Source of the DNA: Phoronis australis
Lineage: Eukaryota > Animalia > Phoronida
Direction of reading: 5' to 3'
Assembly: GCA_002633005.1 (NCBI GenBank)
Contig: NMRA01000110.1
Span: forward strand, 271,850-335,849
Length of the DNA: 64,000 nucleotides
Part shown: piece by piece, positions 22,703 to 36,700 of the stretch
Layout: every line of letters starts with the position of its first letter
Position numbering within the stretch: position 1 is the stretch's first letter
Translations under genes and position numbers: made by a program
The notes under the pieces: generated by a model
Databases searched by the model: none
Told to the model about the DNA's origin: nothing
What the model saw: the letters and a program-made list of their open reading frames with translations, nothing else

Positions 22703-25700
22703 ACGTGAGGTGCGACTGGGCATCGAAATCCTGACTAACGCTCAACGAGACAATAACAAGTGAGGTATAATCATAACCAGATGCCAACACAATGAACGCT
22801 GCTAAGTCGAATTATACCAACCGATACACTAGCAGCTTAGAGGTATCCCCAACTGACAACCCCCTATGGGAGAGCTTCCACAAAGCTTGTAGAACGTACG
22901 CCATCAAGTTACAATGTTCGCCGGTGCTGAAAAATGTTGAGGGCTTTTTGGCGGACCTTCGAAAAATAGCAAAATTTGGCAAACTTATGAACACATCTCA
23001 GAAATGGCCTCTCGGACTCATATGAAACTTTCCGAAACTGTGCTTTATGTAATGTACTGCAAAACTTTGCTTTATATGTAATGTATTTCAAAACTGTTTA
23101 AGTAGAAGTTACTATTTAAAATTTGCACATTTACTCGAGGGTCTCTCAAAAATAGGAATTTTGTCATTTTCATGAAAAAAATCAAAACTTGCGTGGAACG
23201 AAAACGAAACGATAATTTAGAAAACTGCAGCGATTTTGAAATTTCCTTTTTGAATATTTATATCGAACAAAATTTGGTCGTGTTATTGATACCGTTGTTA
23301 CGTTATAGATGTACCTTTTTTGGTAAGACATGGTCACGTGATCTAATTTTAATAGCAGATTGGCACAAATTAAAAAAATCAAATTCTAGGCTCTTTATTT
23401 AAAAAACATGCGTTTTTACCGAGTCAAAATTTATCGTTTTGCAGATAGATATTCGCCATGTATACAAGTCGATAAAGTTTTACCGAAGCCAAATTTCGAC
23501 GTCATGGTTTTTTCCAGCCATACATAGCGTACGTTAGACATGGAGGTTTTGTTGGAGAAAAAATTAATGGTCAATCTGAGGTGTTCTAGAAACTTCTGGC
23601 TCAAACTTTCTGTCTAGTCTCAGATATCCCGCAATTTGAGAACACATTTTCTACTCTAAATAACACGAGTCATCAAAATGGTTCTCAAAGTACACTTCAC
23701 CTCTACGTGACTATTGCCAAAATGTCAATGCTGTGGAACATAGTCCCGTTTGTTCTGTGCAGCTTTTTCTGGGGAAAAGGGACTGCCGCGGTGGGGGGAG
23801 GTGCCCATCTAGGCCTGCTGGAGCATTGGGTAGCGAGGCACCAAAGTTAAAAGCCAAGCAGGTTCTAACGTCGGTGTGGCGCCCAGCTTGTCTGACACAG
23901 TTCACCTCACTATCCCTTGATCTGGCACAACGACTCGACCGTAAGCCTTAGGTTACCTCGGATCACGAGGCAAAATAATATTTGTACAATGCAATGTAGG
24001 ATGTGTGTTCCCAATTATTTCATTTGTTCGTCGTGCAGTTTTTACCCGTCCTTGTCCGCAAATACCCCAGGTCCCCTGTCCGTGATTAACGGTTGTATTA
24101 TCGCCGAACTCGATTCTCGGGTCCGACCGTGAGTAAACACCTGGTTTCCCGTTGTGACCGGCCATCAGGAGACGGTTATCCACAGGTATCCGCAAACGGT
24201 AATGCCACTTTCTACAAACACAACAGATCTATTATAGACATACGAGGGGAGCTGTTTTCTTAACAATCTATAAAACGTTTAATAATTTATGTTTTCGGCA
24301 GGATGACTCTAATATCATTTTATAAATGATGACATTCGTTATGTACCGCTGTGTGTCGCCGTTTATTTTCCATTTCCTATTTGAATAGAGTCTACATGCC
24401 CGCCGTCATAGTCAGAGACCATGTTTTGATATCAAGTAAACCAGGGCAAAAGTTGTCAGGGACATTGTTTTGATATGAGGCATCGCAGGGCGAGTCGGAT
24501 GTTGGCGTTATTCTGTTTCATGTATATAAGCATTTGTTTCATTACACGCGAGGTCAAGAACGTTTCAAATAAATAAAGAAAACACCAGTGCATATGCACT
24601 CACATTTTTGTGATAATAATTGTTCCATATTTTCTGGTACTGAATGTAATTTACTCTGGCGGTTGAACGTCTTATTGTTATGGGTGGTGCGGAGATTACT
24701 TTTTATAGTTAAGACTACCACAGTTGCGCCCGATTATATTTTATTGTATTTTTAAAGTTACTTGTAAACCCACCTTCCGTACATTGACAGTTTTAAAGCG
24801 GCCCTCGACACATTTCTTACACAGGGTCTCGAGAAGCCAGAGTTCAAGGACACAGTTCAAGGACAATATTTACTGGGACCAAGATCAATACGTCGACCGA
24901 TAAGTGACGGCGAGTCAGTTTAGGTGCAGAGCATGGTCTCATAACGAACAACTCAGTCACTAGCTTCTGATGACCAAGTTGAGACTCGAGTTACAGTGGT
25001 CAGTGGCGTGAACCAATCTACGACAGATTGAAGTTTACGACAATTTATTATTATAACTTTTATAACTGCTGCTACTGCAGCCGCCCCCTGTCGCCGCTGC
25101 TATCACCTATTTTGCCGTACTCTAGTTTTAGTATGTATTAAGTAGTTAAGTCGATTTGTCTCCAATATTGAAGTAGCAACTGAAAAAATGTTTTAGAAAC
25201 TAACAACTGAGCGCAAATTGAAAAGTTGCATAGTTTGTAAAGATTTATAACGTTGTATGCTTGTATCGTCTAAAAAATCACCGTATTGTTGCTATGGTAA
25301 CTCCTCCATGTTCTTTGCAAGCACTTAGGTTTGTCTGACCACCCTGCCCCATATTCTGTATGACGTAGTACCCTGACACTTGCACGTTAGTAGGTCAACG
25401 TTTGCGAGGCCCGTACCAGGAGGAGACTCTTGTACGTCTGCGGATCCTCTCGGTCATTTCAGGTGAAAGGGCGAGGCTTGCGCTAATTACTGCCATCTAC
25501 AAATAATTAGCGATGTCTGACGGGGGCCGTGTGTGTTGTAAAATTTGTGTTAATTGCCGATGTCCTGTGCACCAGACGAGCCCGAAACGATGAAATCATG
25601 GGACAGAACGGTAATTAACTAGTTCGTCGTTAGGACTACCCGATTCCAATCTCCTCTTGACACGTGATCCGTCGTAAAAATAGCAACTTTGGAACGTGTA

Positions 25701-26879
25701 GATGAATTGCTGAGTGGGTAAAATGTGGGTATGGTTATTATAAGGGGGGGGGGGGTGGATAGACATGCAGTCGGTGGGTAAGTGGATATGTTTGTCGGAC
25801 GCGTAAATGGAAAGACAAGAGGGAGGGTGGGTATATGGGTGAGTAAATGGACGGACGGGTGGGTGAGTGTGTGGTAGGATCAGTGGGTGAGGAGATGGGT
25901 AGATACGGCCGTCTAGCTTCTAGATAAAAACGAATTAGTTTAATCAAAACATTAACTGTTACACCTGAACAAACAGACCCACCATAGATTGAAATAAAAC
26001 ATGTTTTTTTACTAAATGTCTGACAGAACCCGCAAGATTATTATTAGTGTTTTATACTGAGGATTTGTCTATAGAGGTGCATTAATGAATAGTTGTGCAG
26101 GTTGCATGAACACGACTGAACGATGTGGTCGTTTAAACGAAATGTCACTTGGCTTCATTAAAATACGTTCGTAAATTGACACCTTGATATGCATGCACAC
26201 TCGTTATGGTTGGAAATAAAACAGTTGTTTCTTGCGTATGGGCGAATGTAGAATACGGTGTGCAGGCTTGAGAAGCGAATCGTAACTTTCACCTTGGACA
26301 GGAATCACTCACCTGATACGGCTGATCACTGCCTGAAAAGACACGTGCGTGTCATATGCCTGGAGAAAGAATCAACAAAAAAATTAGTCACGACATGGAA
26401 TATTCGGAAATATTCTTTAGTGTGAGACATGTTTGCAGAAGCTACACAAATTACGGTATGTCAATTGGAAGCCTATACATTGCTAATGTCTGGGAAGGCA
26501 TGCTATTATACCATACAAAGACACTTTTTGTAGAATCGCGTGTAATATATTTCCAGCAGTCCTGGACGTCAGATCCCCAACTTTTGTATCACTGTACTAG
26601 TAGATTCTGAAGTGGCCCGGCTATACCAGTCCATTGTGAGACTCCCATGACCATGATCACGGTCTCCGCCTGAAGCCCTCATGTTGAAGGTAACAGGGTA
26701 ATACTCATGTTTTTAAGTCACTGCCAGTGATTCGTGTTTTAAAGGTGTTCTCGGTGAGAAAAGCAAATTTACAGAAATTAGTAGTAGCGTGGAATCGAAC
26801 CCAGGTGTGAGATAACTGGGCGACTCCGTTACCTTCACCAACGTAGATGGAAACTAACTCAATCCAAAGCTACAGGTAC

Positions 26880-26978
26880 TTGTCAACCTAATGCTAGGCC
26901 CTTATATCTTGTCAACCTAATGCTAGGTTAGGCCCATATATCTTGTCAACTAATGCTAGGTTAGGCCCTTATATCTTG
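26880..26978. repeat. Three-copy tandem repeat (cttgtcaacctaatgctaggttaggcccttatat)
   Basis: Read directly. Confidence 0.8.
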
Positions 26979-28363
26979 AACGCTGTTCATTGTCTGTAAT
27001 AGCAAGTGATCGCGAAAAATATTAAAAGAATCAAATTTCACTACGAAAATAGCTGGATCAATAACATTTACCCTGGGACGCTGAACCGACCTAAGACAAC
27101 GGGTATGCATTTGGGACATGTGGAATTGTAGTGAAAGGTAATTTAGTGAAAGGTGAATATTCTAACACCTTTAGTAGCAGTAGCAGTAGCAGTAGCAATA
27201 ACAATCTACAGGAGTACTCAGGCCAAGTCCAAATGCCCTGGTAATAAATATTGTGACCTTCTGGTTCAATTCCATTATCAATTATACTGTTGTTTTTATG
27301 TTCTACACAATGTGGCACGTGGGATTTTGACCATGTTTGAGCCCTAAGACCACCGCAGATAGCGTACAGTCGCTTCACCGCAAGACACAACTAATTGTTT
27401 AACTCAATTACTGTCAGTATTTCAGTAAATGAAGACCAAAATTCACACGTTTCCCCACAGCTACATGGTCTGACATATTCAGGTCTTACCAATAATTAAA
27501 ACGCTGTGACTCAGTGCATTGTGTCTGGAAAATTTGCCACATGCACGGAGGCTGGAGACCGCACCGAGTTTGCCTACAACACGCAGGCCACGCCCAAATC
27601 ACAATGGACGAAATGTAAAATAAGTGGCTTGACTAAAGCTACTTTTGATCTAAAATGTAATCCGTAAATTGAATTAATACTTTCATGAGATACAAATTAC
27701 ACATGTAAACGTGGAAATTGAAGCAGTGTGCATTTAATGGAGTCCAGGAACGGGGCCTATGGGAAGTGATGCGGTCTCTGTCCGCGGGTCAACGTGACTA
27801 TTTCGCAGCGCTAGTTTGCAGAGGCAAGTTACAGCCAGAGTAGTCAAGAGTTTGGTAATCAAGTTATGATATGACTCATAACAATGCTGATAGAAATTTT
27901 AAAATTTGCTTCAAAGTAAGGCGAGTTTCTAACTGCATTGCCTTGGACTTCTAGCAAAACACGAAATCTTCATTAGGAGAAAATATGAATCTTGCTTCGT
28001 CGAAAGAGCTGCGACAAGCGTAATTCTGCACACCTCTACCCGATGCACATCATTTATGTAGGCAATAATTCCCACAATGCCTGGCGGTGAACTCCTGATC
28101 GGGAAGACAATCACGAACGTTGGACTACAAAAAGTTAGTTCACCCTTTGACACAGCGCCACCTGTACTGTTGTAGCACTGTGTTGACGTTAGTTGTGAGT
28201 GATAGCTCCGTCTGAGATGACGGCCGTGCTTCTTCTGTAAAGCCCCACAGCCTTGCAACACTGAGACTTGTGTGTACCTCCTAACTCAAAAGAAATTGAT
28301 CTTACGGGACAAAGTCTCCATTTTTATTGCAGAACTCTCAATAATCAGACGATGGACATTATT

Positions 28364-28394
<31 letters not shown>

Positions 28395-29677
28395 ATAATT
28401 CATTGTAAGTTTCAGAATTTGTGATTTATATTTTTTGTAACATTTATATGTTTTACAATTAAAGACCAATTAATTCATGTAAATATTGACAATGACCTAC
28501 ATAAAATTTGAGGTTCCTATAGGTCCCTGTGATGAATGTATATGTCTACAACGTCAATATAAAGTTTTCATGTCTTAATTGAGTCCAAGTTTTGGTAACT
28601 GGATACAAATCTTTCAATTTTATCAAAACGCCGTGAGGTTTTCATGGTAATACAGAAGAGCATGCGCAGGTAGGCAAACGGTGTCAACGCTAAGCAGTGT
28701 CTGTTCGCGTGATCTATATATTCCGAAGGGCGTGTGATATCGTGTGATATTGCAGCTGTGTCCTTCAAGCGTAATCACCGTCGACCACAAGCGCAGTAGG
28801 GTTCTTTCTTCTTCAAATAACGGTGAGATTCAACGGCAATGCGAATAAAGCAGTCACACTAATTAAATTTAAAATCGTCTGCTTTTTCAATAAATTTCCC
28901 TTATGAATTTAACCCCATTTCACGAAATCCCTGAATTAAAACTACAGTTATTGTGCCCGTTTCTCTATTTTTAAATTTGCCGACTGTTTATGATTTGTTT
29001 CGTCTTGTTTCTTCTTTGCTGCTTATTGCCGTTTTGCCCGAGTCCGATGGGACCACCATCGTATCCAGTTGTCTGATTCCTAATTCAACACACCCTTTAT
29101 ACACATCATCATCGTTTGAACTCTCGCTTCCTTTTAACTCTAATAAAATTATCATAGACCGGGCGAGATCAGGGTTTGTGAGAGTTTGTTCAACCAAGCA
29201 CTTATAGGAGTGGCTCTATTGTCTACCATCTTGTCGGCCACCCGGGAATAGAATTGTTTAAACGTGTTGCATCAACAATACCCAATGGAGATGATCTAAG
29301 CCGAAGTTAGCACAGATAATTCGAAGATAAATGTTCAAACCGAAATAAAATTAAACTCGTCAGGCTGGCTGCACAGGGTCACGGGAGGGTTAATCTAATT
29401 ATTGGCTAGAGCAGGCAAGCAGACGATGAGAGGACGACTAAGGTTAACGTGGGGTTTATGATGTCCTGGGACGAACTTAGACCAGTCAGAGTGTGTACAA
29501 CCACTGAACACTGAAACGTCCATTTAATCATTTAGAAAAAAATTGATACGTGGTAGTTAACTGTGGTTTGATTAGTCTGGTGTTTTAGGTGAATGTTACA
29601 CTTCTGTGGATTTTACATCCGGAAATGAAGCAAATTAAGTGTTTTGTAAAGCAGGTGACTAATCTCTTTGAAGGGTG

Positions 29678-29793
29678 TACGATATGATACGATACTATAC
29701 GATATGATACGATACTGTACGATATGATACGATACTATACGATATGATGCGATACTATACAATATGATACGATACTATACGATATGAAACGAT
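29678..29793. repeat. Pentamer-based microsatellite (gatac/gatat/tatac; 20-bp super-unit)
   Basis: gatatgatacgatactatac repeated. Confidence 0.9.
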
Positions 29794-29837
29794 CGTGACT
29801 ATTAAAAATAATAATAACGCGCTATATAGCACCATTA

Positions 29838-29979
29838 CATGGGCGTCGCACCATAGGGGTGGAGGGCTATAGCCCCCCACTTTTTTCAGTGCTACGCCGC
29901 ACGATGTCTATAGGCGGTGCATCACAGGGGAACTGAGGGAACTTTAGCTTCCACTTTTTTCAGGGCTGCGCCGCCCATG
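29838..29979. mobile_element. 142-bp MITE with TIR CATGGGCG(T/G)CGCA and 5-bp TSD CATTA
   Basis: 12/13 TIR match; catta on both sides; related copy at 51767-51841. Confidence 0.75.
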
Positions 29980-30697
29980 CATTACTTGAAATGAAGAACT
30001 TGAGAACTAATTACAAAACCATGCATTTCGTAATAAAACTTTTCGAAGAGAACTTTATACTTAATGACCAGTTTTTAAATATAAACAACACTCACATGAA
30101 GGATACTTATATGCAAATGAAGTCTAAAAACTAGTTCTTACCACTAACCACTAACTGTTTCTGTTTTATGTACTGTGAAGATTAAGGGCATTGATGGCCG
30201 TGGACGTTATCCTCCATGCACCCGAAACACGCATTTTTGGGATCATTGTTAGAAAGGATATACCGGTTAAAGTTAATGGCTTCTATAAGAACTTTAAAAA
30301 CAACAAAATCCGTTGTTTTTTGTGATTTTATCACAAATTGCCATTTCTCGTCGTTATGTGCCAGACATTTGATAAAATAAAAGACATCGACTCTTTACCA
30401 GTTCGCTTATTCCGTTAGTTTTAAGAGTGCACTTTAGCAAGTGTTTGGATGAAAAAACGAAGGAGTACGGTTCGAATCCGCGAAGCTGGCACAGACTTCA
30501 GAAAATCACTTATCTCGCTGATAATGTTGGTTTAAACTGAAGCCTGTCAACGTTCTTATTGGTAATTGGATACTCGTTAAGCCTAACAACAGAGGGGGGG
30601 GACTGTGTTAGGAATTGATAGTTTGATACACAGTATTTCTTTGCGGAAAATATGTTCAATATGGAAACACTGACAAGTGTAACTTAAGTGACAATAT

Positions 30698-30964
30698 TCC
30701 GGAGGGGTCGGGCGTGTACCAAAATTTGCAGATGGCCGGTACTTCTTCAGCATGTTTTGCGGTACCTGCGCGGGGTCCAATTGGCCCCTAAATTTCCATT
30801 TCGTCCCCGCAAAAGGCCTACTGCATTGGTCTCAGACCCGTAAAGACGCACTGACCGTCTTTCTACAGCAAAGTCAATCCGCAAGAGGGGATGGGACCCG
30901 CACCTGGCACCCGCATTTTTGGTACACTGCTGCGGGCACCTTGCCAATATGAGTGACCCCCGGG
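30698..30964. mobile_element. Non-autonomous element with CCCGGGG-type imperfect inverted ends
   Basis: ccggaggggtc..gtgtaccaaaatttgc versus gcatttttggtacac...gacccccggg; same family as 17511. Confidence 0.5.
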
Positions 30965-33496
30965 GGACAAAACTGCCATCTTTGTGAATAAGGAATTCAT
31001 TTCTGTAGAGCCAATGGTTAGCGCATATGGAAACTGATTTCCAACGTGGTCCCGTGCCATATTAGCTCAAACTGTTTTGACGTCTGGAAGTGTTAGGATG
31101 GGGTGACACGTGTCACGAACTTTGCCATTAATTAAAATCCGAATAATTAAAGTGCCTTATTAGTGTGAGACGGTTTGAGCTTCGGTTGAATTTCATTCCT
31201 CTAATTTGGTATCAGCGGTAGATAGATGATCCTATTTTGGTACCCGTTGTATTTACAGGATCCTACTTCTACCACGGGTTCAAGTAAACCCGCTCCAGCG
31301 TTCCGTCGAAGTAAGAATCTTACGATAACGCTCGACCACGTAAATCTGCGTTAGAAGCGAACGTGAAGCACGTGATTACACGTAGATTTTCTTGCGAGTG
31401 TCCCAGTTGCAGGTCAACGGTAGTGGCGACAGTTGGATTGATTGACCGTATTTTGAGATGTATATTGCGCGTGCAGACGATGGATGGCTTTGGGTTCTTA
31501 CAAATATTTTTGTCACCCATTGACCCATTTTTCACACTCGTGTCTTTTCTTCACCCTCCCTGCGTGAATTGGGAAGTTGAAATTTGCAGAAGTTGAGGTA
31601 ACGTCTAGACACTTGAGATGTACTTGGGCGGGTCGACACTTAAAGTACTGTCCACCCAGTTGTTAGTGTTTCGACAGTTGAGCGCCATACTCTGACTGGC
31701 GGAGCTGTGTAATCGCAAGCCAGTCGTGGTTTGGGGCGAAAACTGAAGATTTTTGCATATTTGTCATAGTCAATTTTTCTTCTGTAGGTCATAAAATATA
31801 AGGCTTTGAGCAAAGTTTTTTAAGTCTGACCTAACATACTTTTTATAATAACGGGTTTGTACAATCTCAGTGAGAGATCTAGACCGGTAACTCATCCTTT
31901 GTTTATTCCTGCCCGTTGAGCGTATTGTGAGTGACTGGATACCGCAGCAATAAAAGACAGCAAGCAATAGCCAACAACTTATCGTGGGCCTTTCGGGAGA
32001 AAGTGTCGCACATGATTACACCTGTAATCACGATCAAGATTCCGCTCGTGTTTTACGACCGAAATCGCTGTATCCAATAGCGGAGTTGCAACGCCGCCAT
32101 ATTGGAAATGGGTCAGAATGTTGCATTGTGGTTACAATGGTAAACTTCAGTAAACAAGTATCTTGGCAACCGTGCGGGCGAACGGGCTACGGGGAGGTTA
32201 TACGTGTTGTGTGCCTGGCATGCTATAATACCAGTTAGCGAAATAAAAAAATTAGTTACTACCTGTTTCCCTAGGATCAAGAACTGCGTTAAACATGGGT
32301 CAGAGACATCGGTAGAGCTGGTAGCAAAGGCCGACTTCGTGAATTCTTTCCGACTTCGTAGCATAAAGTGTGCAGCGCTCATTTTGAGGGCGGCAAGAAA
32401 ACGTATCTTAGAAACTGCCCAACAATATCTCCCTTCAAAGAAACAGTAACAAATACTCCACGGCGGTTGGTAGTGAAAAAAAAACTTGTTTTCGCTTGAC
32501 CAGAACCAAGCCAACATGAGCAATTTTGAGGATAATGCCTCTGCACAATCACCTGTTCTGGGTCGACTCACTTAACGTATGCACACTATATGCATTACGC
32601 GCTAAGATAAAGCGTGCAGATTATTATTATTTACTTTCTACAAAATTGTGGTACATTGCTATCAAAATTCGTTGTTAAATTACGATCATTTTTCATAAAA
32701 TTTTGTTGAAGTTCCAGGGCGAAATCTTGCCGACAAATGCGTAGCTGCTGGTCTCGCAATCGTCGATAGGGCTTGAATTCTTAAATAAGAATACAGCTTT
32801 GACTCAACAAATTACCTGAAATCCTCCTCAAGTTTTCCAAATAGCGTCTCTAAGATTTTTAAGTTCTTGTGAAGTCTGGATTAACTGCAGATTAAGTCCA
32901 AATCTACGCTAGATTGTAGCACGCAACCCGAGAAAAATCTCTGTGGGAACACATGTTGTTGTCACGTGACGTTTGTTTTGAAGTTTGTATGCGTGTGTGT
33001 GAGAGTAAGCGTGCGTGTGCTTGTCAGAGTTCATTTGCCAGAGTAATGTAATGATCTAGGTGTGCATTGTATCCAAAAAAAAAAAATAAGTCAAGCAGTC
33101 AAGCAGAGCGTGTTTTAATATTTACGGCTTAGCACTTGCTGGCCTCATCTGCTAAAAACGTTCGAGAATTTTTTCGGTAAGACCGACATGTCACTCATTG
33201 AGTCGCCGGGTGAGTGGATGCGTGACCGTAGTGTAACAGCTATTTCCCGGAAGATTTGGGGTGTAAGGGTGCGAAGTGGGTCATTTTGACCTTAAAAACA
33301 CCAATTATGATTAGTTAAATAATTTCTCTTAAAAATAATGCAGAAGCTTTTTACGGTATTGGAAACTTTCGGAAATTAGTGCCAATATTTATTTGCCGAT
33401 GCTATGTTACCCGATTAATCTTCGATGACAGTCGGTACATTATGCAGCGCGCGCTTCTTGGTCGCGTGCTAACACTGGTCGAGTTTTTTTTTTTAG

Positions 33497-33700
33497 TCTT
33501 CGATTCACGGTTTTCACATGCACAAAGAAGTTTGAGGCCGGAGAAGATCTGTACTGGAAAGAAACAATGCAATCCCGCTCTTTGACAAGTACGCTGTGTC
33601 TGTTTTCAAAGTCCAGACCCGCGTAGTGGGGCACATCCCTCGCAAGAGCAGCAAAACTTCTGCGTTCTTTTTGAATCGCGGCGTAAGTTTGAAGTGTATA
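33497..33700 (+). pseudogene. Decayed HIRAN-like domain ORF, probably transposon cargo
   Basis: Across a stop and frameshifts it reads SSIHGFHMHKEV* / GEDLYWKE / NP / FDKYAVSVFKVQTRVVGHIPRKSSKTSAFFLNRG. Confidence 0.6.
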
Positions 33701-36700
33701 CGGACATAACGGTGAGGCTCGTGGTCCGTTACAAATTCAGGCTGTCGGATCTTTCAATTGATAAATTGGAGACGTTAGAACTGTAGGTAAGGGCATTTTT
33801 CGCATGTAGTTCATGGGCTGGGCGCTTACTTTAGCAAAGTCTGAAAACGCGTTGGGGCACTTGTTGAGCCATGGGCGCTAATTAGGGCGAATAGCGGCAG
33901 AATTACATACAGCAGCGTAGTTTAATGCACACAAATTACACGTCGTGCAAACCAGTCGGCCATCCCGTTTACCATCAACAATCCCAGTAGCCTTTGCGCA
34001 CCCTAATTTCCGGACATGCGCAATCGTTAAATCGATTCAGTTGCAACTCCGCTTGTTGGTTTGAAAATCACGTGAGCTCTAAAGAAATGTTATACGCTAG
34101 TATTTTTCTCTCGTAATTTTAGCAAGAGTCATGTATACGAGTCCCCGAGACCACCAGCCATTAAATTAATACGCAGTTGATATTGTTTTTGTTGTGCAAA
34201 TAGTTTGTTATTCAAATGTCTTGAATGAAGACTGAGTGATTTACTACTAACATTTAGAAATTCTACTACATAACCCCCTAAAACCGTTTTGAACCAATGA
34301 TTTTGCAACTTTGCCTAAATATACGAAAATGTCAGACAACCCGCTAGATATCATTTTGGCACATCAATATGTACTAAAAAGGACCATTTTCAAATGCCTG
34401 AGATGGTTAGGATAGCAAATAAAAACACTGTTACTCACTGAAAGGATTTCCCCAAATTGTCAAACTGACAATTGTAACATGGCAGTATACAATGACGTAA
34501 GACACGCGCACGTTTAAAATGCACGTCACAAAGCCCATTCATTCACTTTTGATTTATTCGCACAAACCACTAATAGGCCTCTAAATGAGTCATTCGCACC
34601 AAACGCTGAATTTGCGCACGAACCACTGAATCCCATGCTCGAACCACATTCTATGTTAATGTAAGTGATTTGTGCGGATGATTCGTGCAAACGATTGTTT
34701 GATTCCCTTGCAGTCGTATGTAAACGATCAGGTGTTCCTTTTAAGAACTTTGTTACCCGCTCGAAACAATTTGCAAGAGAACCCTGAAAACAATTAAGAC
34801 CTGCCGTCTGTGAATCTGAAGGAAACCACTCATTTTGCTCGTATAACCAGGTCCGTAACATTGGGAGAACTGAAAACCAGCAGATCTTTTTGCAGCAAAG
34901 AAAACGCATGCGCATTAATTTGTTCACAAATACAGGGTTACCGAACGTGCTTTGGGTTGGGCTTCACTGACTATTAATGATACTTCCTACATTGGTTAAG
35001 AACACAGCAGAAATTTCATCAACGAAAAACACCACAACATTTCACGAATTACAACCCCGAACGTGTTTCATTTTTACATTGAAACTGATAAAAGGGAATT
35101 AAATGCTTGATCATTTTGTTAGTCACCAACATACATTAAAATATGAAATTTAAAAATTCTTTATCAATTCAGTTTATTTTAGAATGTGATATTGTAAAGT
35201 TTGCTTCATGAAGCGGAAGTGTCAAATTGCGGAATCAGCTATATATAACTTTTACAAACTTAACCTGGTCGTGTATCAATAGTGACAATATTAACCAAGA
35301 TAATTGAACATTTTAGTTTCCGTACTTTTGCTGTTAGTCGACATTCAGTCCCAATTGTCGAGCCAGGTACTCATTTAATGACATGGTGGTCAAATAAAAC
35401 ATGTTTTTATTTCTGCCGAAACTACTTTTAATTACAGTTGGGACCGCTTTGTACTCTTCGTCTTTTGTGGTCCCTAAGCATTTATACGTCAACGCCAATT
35501 TCAGCATTAAAGTGACATTTTAATGTCGCGGCTTTCAAACTCGCGTCGTCTGTGAATTCATAAAAATGTCTGATCAGGTACCAGAAAGCGCCATTATTTA
35601 GCGCAACAGGAGCATCAATAACGCTGCTATCGCCAGCAGCTAAAACTGATCATAGATTAAGATTATAGCATTTATTAAATAATATTTGTTACTTGACTAG
35701 TCGCTTGCACTTAGCATGACGTGTGTATAATACGTGCAGAATGTGAAGGAAAACGATTTCAATAGACGCCAGTACCTGTAAAAATGATGACGTATGAGCA
35801 GACGGATAGTCTGAAAGACAGTGCAATTACCATATCAGTGGTTGTTTTAGGGTAACAATATTATACTTACCTGCGTCAGAATCGACGTGGATGTGTGCGG
35901 TTTATTATTTTGTTTTTGATGTGTGTGAGGGACGTGCACGTGGAAGATCTACAGAATCCGCGCATTTCATTCTTTGTAAAATGCGTCAGTCGTCCACTGC
36001 ACGCCACACTAGTGACATCTACTGAGTAACTATATAGAACCATTACAATTTGTCATTTGACGATTAACACGCCGAAAGTGCGTCCTAAGACTATAGAAGT
36101 CCTCAATTGACGTTTGCTGTGGTTCAAGTCATATGATCATTTATTTAATCAATGTACAATATCCCACATCGCGAGATTGTTGCCAGACTCGTGCAATTGA
36201 TTCTATACACAAAACGCCCAGATAGTGTTTATTGCGATTGTATACCAAAAGTATGAATTACACGTCAACTTCCGCAATAAACTTCAAGTGTATGATTTAC
36301 ACACTCTACTCTGTGAGTGCCTATTACAAATCAGACCACCAATTATGTTTATTCTACGCAAAATGCGGCCAGTTTCCGCAACTCAACAAGTTGTAGATAA
36401 ACCTCTCAACAGTAGTCTGAAGTGTTATACATAGGGTGAACCGAAAAAAGACAAATTTATACCGCGTGTTTGGTTCTGCTGTTGTGAGTCACCGTGGGTT
36501 TGAGAGGTGTTATAGAGCGTAGAGGCGCAGTCATTGGTTGTTTCCATCCCTTGAAAAGTGTGGCTGCAATGTTCAGTTTAAGGTTAATCTCACCTGCCTC
36601 GCTGGTGAGCGCCCGTGCAGTACGTTAAAGAACAGTGGCGTAGTGTGTGTATCAGTGGCCACCTGATTCTTGCAAACGATGCCTTTTTATTCACCCATTA

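Noticed and set aside
26785-26810. B-box-like motifs (gtggaatcgaacc here, ggttcgaatcc near 30470) as tRNA or SINE
   Set aside because: No cloverleaf, properly spaced A-box or tail is visible.
31984-32571. Overlapping ORFs with a CxxC (VVCLACYN) as a transposon gene remnant
   Set aside because: No diagnostic motif that I can name.
34526-34927. 133-aa minus-strand ORF as a Mutator/Kolobok transposase fragment
   Set aside because: The resemblance is only faint and no catalytic motif is present.
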